Assembly: GCA_045632975.1 (NCBI GenBank)
Contig: JAZQXR010000024.1
Location: forward strand, 1-61,820
Reading direction: 5' to 3'
From: Rikenellaceae bacterium
GTDB lineage: Bacteria > Bacteroidota > Bacteroidia > Bacteroidales > Rikenellaceae
Length of the DNA stretch: 61,820 bases
Position 1 is the first letter of the stretch. Each line of letters starts with the position of its first letter. Shown one piece after another: positions 1 to 7,690 of the stretch. The notes under the pieces are model-generated. The model searched no databases, was not told the origin of the DNA, and was given only the letters and a program-made list of their open reading frames with translations. The position numbers and the translations under genes are program-made.

Positions 1-111
1 TTCAGCGGCACAATGCAACGACCGAACAATCGCCACCAACACCCTTGCCCCATTGAATATAAGCACCTTGCACGGCCTTCTAAATTTACTCCTTCTCATT
101 TGTTTGCTGTT

Positions 112-131
112 TAATAGTTAGACTATTATTA
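112..131. repeat. Palindromic motif AATAGT-N-ACTATT, copy 1 of 3 (taatagttagactattatta)
   Basis: The dyad was read directly. It lies just upstream of a minus-strand ATG at 97-99 that opens an ORF running off the window. Confidence 0.5.
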
Positions 132-513
132 GAGTAGGAGTTTTTTCGGCTTTTGGTTGGCAGCTACTTGCTTGTCCTAATCAACTTCGCAAAGTTTGCA
201 CCTATTGCAATCTATTTATCATCAGCTATCATCGTTTATCACTGTTTATCAAATATTTGGGTCTTATTTGAGTCTCAACTTTGTAAGACTCTTATTATCA
301 ATACCTTTAACATTCTGCATCGGCAAGTAGAATTGCATACCAATAACAAACGATGATAAAACATTTTGCCAAAAGGTGCTCACTTTGAGTGCCATTTTGT
401 GTTTAGTGATTAAGTCGTTTGTAACCGTTTATCATCGTTACGCAATATTTCTTCGCCCTATTTCACCCTCAACCGAAATTTCGGAGCTGCAAGCCTTAAT
501 AAATTATTACTGC

Positions 514-581
514 ATAATAGTTGCAAATTAAACTATTATCACCCTATTTGTTCCGTGATAGTTGTAAATAGAACTATTATC
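514..581. repeat. Two further copies of the AATAGTT...AACTATT dyad (514-540 and 556-581), candidate operator or iteron sites
   Basis: ataatagttgcaaattaaactattatc and tgatagttgtaaatagaactattatc are each internally palindromic and lie in tandem ~42 bp apart, in a non-coding AT-rich stretch. Confidence 0.5.
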
Positions 582-1162
582 GGAAATGTTTAGAGCATTT
601 TGTAACCATTGGTCAAAACTCAACATTCGGGACACCCTAAATACTGAGTGGTGATCCAACTTTTCTAGGATATTCATACCGAAAAACAAAGAAAAAGGTC
701 ATTTAATTTCCCTGGAATCAATACACTATATATGTTTGCAGGGAAATTAAACGATGTTTTGTTTAGAAATGACATTTCGCAATCCGAGACAAATCGCTGC
801 AATTCGGATTTTTCTTTTATAAAAAAAGCATACGACCGATTAGACTATCCTCTTTGGGAAAAGTACAGTACAAACATTTGTAACACTCGACATATCAACA
901 CGGTACACAAATTAAAGTGAAACGATTTTGCAAACAAAACCGTTTGTCGCTTTTCTGAACAGAAATTCAGGTAAAAACCGAAGACAAAAGCATAATGAGA
1001 ATCATCAAAGTCAAAAGAAATAAACTAAATTTAAGTATAGTCTATCTACAAAATCGAATTTAACATAAACTTTAAATATAGTTTATAATGGGTCGCTTGT
1101 AACAACTTTCGCAAATAATATTTATCTTTGTTCAAGAATAGAAAACTCTAAAACCCAATAAT

Positions 1163-2149
1163 ATGGAACGCATTGTTAGTGGTAATGATATTTATTATTT
1201 GAAAGAATATCAGCTGGAAAAGGATTTTGAGCAAGATGTTGTTGCGAATTACCGACATATATTTGGAAGCAATACTGTCTATATAGATATCAAGAAGAAA
1301 ATCGGAGAGAGCATTGTTACGATTCCTGATGGTTACTTGCTAGATTTTACATTTACGAATAATCCTCGTTTGTATATCATTGAGAATGAATTGGGCATTC
1401 ACGATGCTTACAAACATATCGGTTCGCAACTACTCAAATTTGCAATATCATACAAACCGAGTGGTAGAAAAATCAAGCAATTTATCATTGATTATCTCGC
1501 TAAATCTCCAGAGCATTTGGCTCTCATCGAGTCGAAGATTACCGAGATGGGGTATCGCAACATAGATGCATTGTTGGAGTCGTTGATTTTTGAGAAGCCT
1601 GTTGCTGCTATTGTTATTATAGACAATAGTTCTGCTGAGTTGGAGAATGTGTTGAGCCAACTTACAATGAATACCGATATTATTGAGTTTAAGACCTTTG
1701 AGAATAAAGAGGGAAAAATTTTATATAAGTTTATCCCATTTAATAACGAAATTCAAGAGTTTGTTGCGACAAGCAATAGCACTAAAAGCGTATCTGTTGA
1801 GGATGTCGACACAATTGTGGTGCCCGCACAAGAGGAGGGCTTTCAATCTGCATTTATTGATAGCAATGCTTGGTGGCAGATTCGTATCTCGGTTTCGATG
1901 CTTGATAAGATTAAGCATATCGCAGCCTATCGAACTGCTCCGGTGTCAGCAATAACCCATATTGCGGAGGTTGATAGAATAGAGAAATATAAGGATACAA
2001 ACAAGTACATCCTCTATTTCAAGGAGCCGGCAAAAGAGATTTCGCATATTGAGTTGGATAAGGGCAAGAAGGGTATTGCGCCACAAGCCCCAAGATATAC
2101 CAACTACGCTAAACTGATGTCGGCAAAACATTTATCAGAAGTATTCTAA
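1163..2149 (+). CDS. Hypothetical protein with an N-terminal PD-(D/E)xK-like nuclease motif and a possible PUA/ASCH-like C-terminal module
   Basis: This is a clean 328-aa ORF in AT-rich DNA followed by a hairpin terminator. It has the pattern IPDGYLLDF...LYIIENELG (D...ExE) typical of restriction-endonuclease-fold cores. The C-terminal KHIAAYRTAPVSAITHIAEVDRIEKY resembles PUA/ASCH-type beta-barrels. Domain calls come from motif reading only. Confidence 0.6.
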   Translation: MERIVSGNDIYYLKEYQLEKDFEQDVVANYRHIFGSNTVYIDIKKKIGESIVTIPDGYLLDFTFTNNPRLYIIENELGIHDAYKHIGSQLLKFAISYKPSGRKIKQFIIDYLAKSPEHLALIESKITEMGYRNIDALLESLIFEKPVAAIVIIDNSSAELENVLSQLTMNTDIIEFKTFENKEGKILYKFIPFNNEIQEFVATSNSTKSVSVEDVDTIVVPAQEEGFQSAFIDSNAWWQIRISVSMLDKIKHIAAYRTAPVSAITHIAEVDRIEKYKDTNKYILYFKEPAKEISHIELDKGKKGIAPQAPRYTNYAKLMSAKHLSEVF

Positions 2150-2173
2150 TACAAATATCCATATATCATTGTG

Positions 2174-2200
2174 AGCAGAGGCAACACCTCTGCTTTTTTT
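2174..2200 (+). terminator. Intrinsic terminator
   Basis: Hairpin gcagagg-caaca-cctctgc is followed by a run of seven T. Confidence 0.7.
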
Positions 2201-2304
2201 GTGTCGTTGTCCAACCTTTTCGGTTGGATGTCACTATCCTTTTTATGAAGCGGCCTCAATTGCGCAGACAATACATTTATGTTTAACCAATAAAACCAAG
2301 ATCT

Positions 2305-2658
2305 ATGGAAGTATTAACAATCGAACACGGCGCTTTTCAGCAGTTGATTAGCAAAATTGATGCAATGGACGAGTTCATCCGCAAAGCCAAGTTAGAGCAA
2401 CAAAGTTCCCTCGACGACGATTGGGTTGATGGGCAAGCGGTATGCGAGTATCTCTGCATCTGCGACAAAACCCTGCAACGCCTACGCAGCGCCGGTAAAA
2501 TCACTTACAGTACCATCGGCAACAAGTACTACTATCAAATTGCGGAGATTAAGCGTTGCTTGCGTGCTCACACAATCAAGAGTAGCGAGGAGATGCTGCA
2601 AAACCTAATCGCCCACAAGCGTAATAGCAAAGCGAAGGCGAGTGCTAATATTCAGTAA
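2305..2658 (+). CDS. Helix-turn-helix DNA-binding protein, excisionase/MerR-like (HTH_17 type) as found on Bacteroidales integrative elements
   Basis: The segment DDWVDGQAVCEYLCICDKTLQRLRSAGKITYSTIGNKYYYQIAEIKRCL is the classic Xis-like HTH layout. Confidence 0.75.
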   Translation: MEVLTIEHGAFQQLISKIDAMDEFIRKAKLEQQSSLDDDWVDGQAVCEYLCICDKTLQRLRSAGKITYSTIGNKYYYQIAEIKRCLRAHTIKSSEEMLQNLIAHKRNSKAKASANIQ

Positions 2659-2660
2659 AC

Positions 2661-2705
2661 CGAAGAGAGGTGGCTACAAATAGAGGCCATCTCTCTTCGA
2701 TTTTG
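2661..2705 (+). terminator. Intrinsic terminator
   Basis: Hairpin cgaagagaggtggc...gccatctctcttcg is followed by attttg. Confidence 0.6.
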
Positions 2706-2981
2706 TCAATTTAAAACCGGCTTATTGGTTAAATTAGCATACTACATCGGGCGGTTTTGTTCATTGATTAAATTGCATTGCCGCTACAATTATCTGCAAT
2801 TTTACCACAATATGATGTAATATTTACAAGTCGAGTACAATTATAATTTGTATTGAAACTTGCAGCAAAGTGGATATATCCACAAATTAACACCCGTTAA
2901 TTTCAAAATAGATATAATATTTTCGGAGAAAAGTATGAATTTGCATCAAACTCGAAAGGCGTTTGCTGGATGGGCGTTTGG

Positions 2982-3141
2982 CGATGCTTGCGAGCTCGCA
3001 CTATAGAAGCTGCGAGGGGCTGCAACAAAATCCTAATCGCACACAAGCGTAACAGCAAGGCGAAGGTAATGGGAAATGTCCGGCAAGCCAGAGAGGGGGT
3101 TGCAGGCGGGGCTACCTCTCTGTGATTTTGTCAATTCAAAA
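2982..3141 (+). pseudogene. Degenerate, frame-disrupted copy of the 3' end and terminator of the HTH gene at 2305-2658
   Basis: Nucleotide similarity to 2553-2718 was read by eye. One frame gives ILIAHKRNSKAKV against NLIAHKRNSKAKA, there is a stop and frameshift upstream, and the same ...gattttgtcaatt(t/c)aaaa tail is present. Confidence 0.6.
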
Positions 3142-3479
3142 ATTATTCGTAATTTTGCTGTAAGGAATTGTAGTTCTGACGTTTGTACGGCAAATGTCGG
3201 GTTCGAGAACAACACTTCCCCAAAACCCAAGCGGCCATCAATTTGGGCGCATGGCACAAGGCAAAGGTAATTGCTTGATATACATAACAAAGAGAACATA
3301 GACAGCCTTTCGCGTCCCGCCATTGGGACAAAAGATTGAGCGGTCTGGTTTTCTGATTTTCGGACAGTAGGGTTAGAAGGCACGACCCCACTCGTCCGAT
3401 TGTGGATTAGCGAGTGTAGAAACCGTTTTCGTCCCACAAACCCCGGGGAGAAGAGAGAGATTGAATTAACTTTAAGATT

Positions 3480-4622
3480 ATGACTAACCTAAACAATATT
3501 CTTATTAAAGAAGTCACGACCAAGCGCGAGCTGAAGCAATTTGCACAGTTTGGAATAGACCTATACAAAGGCAATCCATACTACTGTCCGCCGATATTCT
3601 TTGATGAGGTAAATACATTTAAGCCCAATAGCAATCCGGCTCTCGAGGTTTGTGATTTTGTGCTGTATATGGCCTATCGCGACAACAAAATAGTAGGACG
3701 CATCGCAGGAATCATCAACCATCGTGCAAACGAAGCCTGGGGTGTGAAGAAATGTCGTTTTGGATGGTTCGATTTTGTCGATGATTACGATGTATTCAAA
3801 GCTTTGCTTGATGCGGTTGCCGAGTGGGGTAAGAGTAAGGGCATGCTATGCCTGAATGGTCCTGTGGGATTTACGGACTTCGACCACCAGGGTCTGCTGT
3901 TAGAGGGCTTCGAATATAATGCTCCTATGGCCAGCCTCTACAACCACCCCTACTACATAGCCCATTACGAGCGATACGGACTGCGCAAGGAGGCCGATTG
4001 GATTGAGTATCAAATAACACCTCCGGCCGAGGCCCCCGAGCGAATGAAACGCATTGTGGAGCTTGTCGAGCAACGAAGCAATCTACATACCGTTAAGGTG
4101 AAAAATTCCAGAGAGTTGAGAAAAAGATATGGATACAGCTACTTCGATGTGTTGGACGCTGCATACCAGAAGCTCTATAATTATCAACCGATGACACCTC
4201 GACAGAAGCAATACTACTGCAAGATGTATTTCCCGATACTCAACTTCGACTTTGTCACGATGGTCGCCAACGAGCAGGACGAGATTGTAGCAGTCGGATT
4301 GGGTATGCCGTCACTTTCGGAGGCCTTGCGCAAGTGTGGCGGTCACCTGTTCCCATTTGGCTGGTACCACCTCCTCAAGGCACTGAAGGCCAAGAAAATG
4401 ACCGACTTCGATTTGTTACTGATTGCGGTGCGCCCTGATTATCAGGACAAAGGCGTTGCGTCGTTGATATTCAACGAGATGACGCCACGCTTTGCGGAGT
4501 ACGGCGTTCAGCGAATAGAGACAACCGCAATTCTTGAGACCAACCATAAAAGCCTTGCCAACTTCGCGGACTACCAGCATATTCAACACAAGCGCCGCAG
4601 GGCCTTTATCAAGGAGCTATAA
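3480..4622 (+). CDS. GNAT family N-acetyltransferase (long Bacteroidetes type)
   Basis: This is a 380-aa ORF. The acetyl-CoA-binding motif-A-like segment is LLIAVRPDYQDKGVASLIFNEM. Confidence 0.75.
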   Translation: MTNLNNILIKEVTTKRELKQFAQFGIDLYKGNPYYCPPIFFDEVNTFKPNSNPALEVCDFVLYMAYRDNKIVGRIAGIINHRANEAWGVKKCRFGWFDFVDDYDVFKALLDAVAEWGKSKGMLCLNGPVGFTDFDHQGLLLEGFEYNAPMASLYNHPYYIAHYERYGLRKEADWIEYQITPPAEAPERMKRIVELVEQRSNLHTVKVKNSRELRKRYGYSYFDVLDAAYQKLYNYQPMTPRQKQYYCKMYFPILNFDFVTMVANEQDEIVAVGLGMPSLSEALRKCGGHLFPFGWYHLLKALKAKKMTDFDLLLIAVRPDYQDKGVASLIFNEMTPRFAEYGVQRIETTAILETNHKSLANFADYQHIQHKRRRAFIKEL

Positions 4623-4690
4623 GGGCAGGCGCGCTGCATTTGAGAGCAAATTTAATGGCGTAAGATAGCTACTAACAACAAATTGAGGGT

Positions 4691-5455
4691 ATGGAGTTCA
4701 AACAGAGTGTCAAGGAAGCTTTAGCTTATTATGTATATGCCTTGGTAGACCCAAGGGATAACAAAATTTTCTACATTGGGAAAGGTAAAGGGGATAGGGT
4801 TTTCCAGCATGCAGCGGCAGCCATTGCGGATAATAATACCCACAATTTGAAACTTGACACCATTCGAAGTATCAAATCAGAAGGCAAAGAGGTTGTTCAC
4901 TACATTATACGCCACAATCTTGAAGAACAAGAGGCGTTCCTTGTAGAGTCAACCCTGATAGATATGCTGACCTATTCGAAATTCAATCATAACAACCAGC
5001 TAACAAATCTCATTGCAGGCCACCATCAATGGGACGAAGGCATAAAGAGCATTGAAGAAATCAACGCTATATACGACTGCTCAAGGATTGAGCTAAAGGA
5101 TAGGGATAATATACTTTTGGTAAATCTCAATCGCAGTTACAACCAAGCCAAAGCCCAAGGGGTTTATAAGAGATATGACATTTATGAGTCGACACGGAAA
5201 TACTGGCTTATCAGCAGAGATAAGTCAGCATACATCAATTATGTGCTCGGCGTATATAAGGGCGTTGTAAGATGTGTCATCAGGGTAAAATCGCATGAAT
5301 TTGTACGCCAAGCAGAGGATGGCACTATCTTTTCAAAACCTCGTTGTTGCTTCGAAGGAGAGGTCTGCCCAGACTCACCTTACATGAATTCCGATGTTCG
5401 CGACTACCCATTCGGCAGTGGTGGAGCCATTAGGTATATAAGGGCATCGTTATAA
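4691..5455 (+). CDS. GIY-YIG nuclease family protein (COG3680-like, with an uncharacterised C-terminal domain)
   Basis: N-terminal YYVYALVDPRDNKIFYIGKGKGDRVFQH gives the GIY and YIG elements plus a conserved Arg. A downstream Glu is in EAFLVESTLID. The gene is AT-rich relative to its flanks. Confidence 0.75.
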   Translation: MEFKQSVKEALAYYVYALVDPRDNKIFYIGKGKGDRVFQHAAAAIADNNTHNLKLDTIRSIKSEGKEVVHYIIRHNLEEQEAFLVESTLIDMLTYSKFNHNNQLTNLIAGHHQWDEGIKSIEEINAIYDCSRIELKDRDNILLVNLNRSYNQAKAQGVYKRYDIYESTRKYWLISRDKSAYINYVLGVYKGVVRCVIRVKSHEFVRQAEDGTIFSKPRCCFEGEVCPDSPYMNSDVRDYPFGSGGAIRYIRASL

Positions 5456-5535
5456 ATACCGAGTAGGCACACCACTTGTTCGAGAATAAATCTGACGGTG
5501 CGATTACGATTATTGCAAGGGGTGTTGGGGGCTGA

Positions 5536-5823
5536 TTATTTGTTGTGACCCGGGCCTTCGGGGAACCAGCCCTTATCCACGCGTCGCTTTTGGTGGATAA
5601 CCTCCAAGATACTCCAAAACGACGAAAAAGCCATTACGCCCAGGATTGTGGATGCGATAAAATTCTCAACCGCAATCGACAACGCACAAAACACAAGACC
5701 CGCAACAAGGAACATCCACCAACACTTTATGCCGAGATAGAACTCGGCTTTGATAACCAAGGGGTGAAAAGCTCCGATCACCAGAAAGGTCGCAAGGCCT
5801 ACTATAATTCCTATAAAGTTCAT
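5536..5823 (-). CDS. DUF4491 family small membrane protein
   Basis: 95 aa with three hydrophobic helices. The sequence MNFIGIIVGLATFLVIGAFHPLVIKAEF... is typical of Bacteroidales DUF4491. Confidence 0.7.
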   Translation of the reverse strand: MNFIGIIVGLATFLVIGAFHPLVIKAEFYLGIKCWWMFLVAGLVFCALSIAVENFIASTILGVMAFSSFWSILEVIHQKRRVDKGWFPEGPGHNK

Positions 5824-5843
5824 AAATTCACAACTATTTTTTG

Positions 5844-5851
5844 CAAAGATA
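5844..5851 (-). promoter_or_regulatory. Bacteroidetes -7 promoter box TAtcTTTG for the DUF4491 gene
   Basis: The reverse complement of caaagata is TATCTTTG. It lies ~21 nt upstream of the ATG. Confidence 0.5.
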
Positions 5852-5956
5852 GTGAAAGGCGAGTGAAGAAAAGCAAGTTTACTTGGACTTTTCTTCCGAG
5901 CCGCATCTTATCTTATGTAAAGATAGTGAAAGGCGAGTGAAGAAAAGCAAGTTTAC
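5845..5956. repeat. Perfect 38-bp direct repeat (5845-5882 and 5919-5956)
   Basis: aaagatagtgaaaggcgagtgaagaaaagcaagtttac occurs twice with a 74-bp period. I checked it base by base. Confidence 0.9.
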
Positions 5957-6009
5957 GCGGAATCACGGAAAGATTTTGCTTTGCAGGGTGGGGTTTCGAA
6001 AAAAAAGGC

Positions 6010-6017
6010 TAAATTTG
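6010..6017 (+). promoter_or_regulatory. -7 promoter box TAaaTTTG upstream of glpA
   Basis: Matches TAnnTTTG 48 nt upstream of the glpA ATG. Confidence 0.45.
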
Positions 6018-6064
6018 TGGTGGGATACAAAAACTCTTGAAATAAAACGTCCTAAAACAACTCT

Positions 6065-7687
6065 ATGGATGCAAAGAAGAATCATTACGACGTGATTGTC
6101 ATTGGCGGCGGCATCACGGGCGCTGGCACCGCGCGCGACTGCGCTATGAGGGGTTTGAAGACCCTCTTGGTGGAGCGCATGGATTTAACCAACGGCGCGA
6201 CGGGACGCAATCACGGACTGCTGCATAGTGGTGCGAGGTACGCCGTAACCGACCGCGAGTCGGCTGCCGAGTGCATCCGCGAGAATATGATTTTGCGCAA
6301 AATCGCACGCCACTGCGTCGAGGAGACGGATGGACTGTTCATCACTCTGCCCGAGGACGACTTGGGCTTCCAGAAGACATTTATCAAATCGTGCCGACGT
6401 GCGGGCATCCGAGCCGAGGCGATAGACCCTGCCGAGGCGCGACACTTGGAGCCCTCGGTCAATCCGTCGCTCATCGGTGCCGTTCGTGTGCCCGATGGCT
6501 CGGTCGATCCCTTCCGCCTCACCACAGCCAACGCGCTGGATGCGCGTCTGCATGGCGCCGAGATTAAGACCTATCACGAGGTCGTAGAGTTCATCAAGGA
6601 TGGACGCAGGATTGTGGGAGTCAAGCTCCGCAATCGACTCACGAAGGCCGAGAGCGAGGCCTATGCCGAAATCACCGTCAATGCGGGCGGAATCTGGGGT
6701 CATCGCATAGCCGAGATGGCGGGCGCAAGGGTCAATATGTTCCCCGCAAAAGGCGCACTGCTAATCTTCGGTCACCGCGTGAACAACATGGTGCTCAACC
6801 GCTGTCGCAAGCCCGCCGATGCAGACATTCTTGTTCCGGGCGACACCATCAGCCTGATTGGCACCACATCGAGCCGAGTCCCGTACGACGAGATTGACGA
6901 TTTGCAAGTTACGCCCGACGAGGTGAATCTGCTGCTGCGCGAGGGTGCGAAGTTAGCCCCGAGCCTGGCGCAGACACGCGTCCTGCGAGGCTATGCGGGA
7001 GTTCGCCCGCTGGTCGCTGCGGACAACGACGAGACGGGTCGCAGTATCAGTCGCGGAATAGTATGCTTGGACCACGAGACGCGCGACGACATTCCCGGAT
7101 TCATAACCATCACGGGCGGCAAGCTGATGACCTACCGACTTATGGCCGAGTGGGCGACCGACCTTGTGTGCAAGAAACTGAACATCCGCAAGCGCTGCCA
7201 AACGGCCGACATATGCCTACCCGGCTCGGACGAGATGGAGCGCGAACGCTCAAAGAGAAAAAGCCCCGAACCCACATACGGCATCGGCTCACGCGCGGCG
7301 CAAGGTCGCCACGGCTCGAGAAGTAGCCATATCGCCTCCGACAACCGCTACGACCGCTCGCTGGTGTGCGAGTGCGAGGCGGTATCTATTGGCGAGGTGG
7401 ACTACGCCATCAAGGAGCTGAACGTCAAAAACCTGCTCAACCTGCGTCGCCGTACACGAGTTGGTATGGGAACGTGTCAGGGCGAGCTGTGCGCTTGTCG
7501 TGCAGCGGGATTGCTCGGCAAGGCCGGTGGCTGTGCGCGTCGTGCACAGGAGGACTTGGCTTCGTTCCTCAACGAGCGATGGAGGGGCATGTACCCCGTG
7601 GCGTGGGGCGATACGCTGTGCGAGACGCAGTTCACGTCGTGGGTCTACGAGGGAGTTTGTGGTTTGGATAGTTTTGCGGAGGAGTAA
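6065..7687 (+). CDS. glpA: Anaerobic glycerol-3-phosphate dehydrogenase subunit A
   Basis: FAD fold YDVIVIGGGITGAGTARDCAMRG. The C-terminal BFD-like Cys cluster is CECEAVSIGEV...CQGELC. It is followed by glpB and glpC. Confidence 0.95.
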   Translation: MDAKKNHYDVIVIGGGITGAGTARDCAMRGLKTLLVERMDLTNGATGRNHGLLHSGARYAVTDRESAAECIRENMILRKIARHCVEETDGLFITLPEDDLGFQKTFIKSCRRAGIRAEAIDPAEARHLEPSVNPSLIGAVRVPDGSVDPFRLTTANALDARLHGAEIKTYHEVVEFIKDGRRIVGVKLRNRLTKAESEAYAEITVNAGGIWGHRIAEMAGARVNMFPAKGALLIFGHRVNNMVLNRCRKPADADILVPGDTISLIGTTSSRVPYDEIDDLQVTPDEVNLLLREGAKLAPSLAQTRVLRGYAGVRPLVAADNDETGRSISRGIVCLDHETRDDIPGFITITGGKLMTYRLMAEWATDLVCKKLNIRKRCQTADICLPGSDEMERERSKRKSPEPTYGIGSRAAQGRHGSRSSHIASDNRYDRSLVCECEAVSIGEVDYAIKELNVKNLLNLRRRTRVGMGTCQGELCACRAAGLLGKAGGCARRAQEDLASFLNERWRGMYPVAWGDTLCETQFTSWVYEGVCGLDSFAEE

Positions 7688-7690
7688 CGT

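Noticed and set aside
1-99. Start of a minus-strand ORF running off the window (MRRSKFRRPCKVLIFNGARVLVAIVRSLHCAAE...)
   Set aside because: Only 33 codons are visible and I recognise no family. This is too little to call a gene, although the ATG at 97-99 sits next to a palindromic motif.
153-920. Short ORFs 153-356 and 732-920 in the AT-rich leader of the element
   Set aside because: They have low-complexity, hydrophobic or Asn/Lys-rich products, no ribosome-binding or promoter context, and no motifs. They are probably chance ORFs in AT-rich DNA.
3033-3437. 134-aa minus-strand ORF, and a possible tmRNA, RNase P RNA or tRNA in the same region
   Set aside because: The ORF has odd composition and overlaps the HTH pseudogene remnant. 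I found no proper T-arm, no GGGG...CCACCA acceptor pairing, no tag-peptide frame and no RNase P P4 core. It stays listed only as unassigned non-coding DNA.
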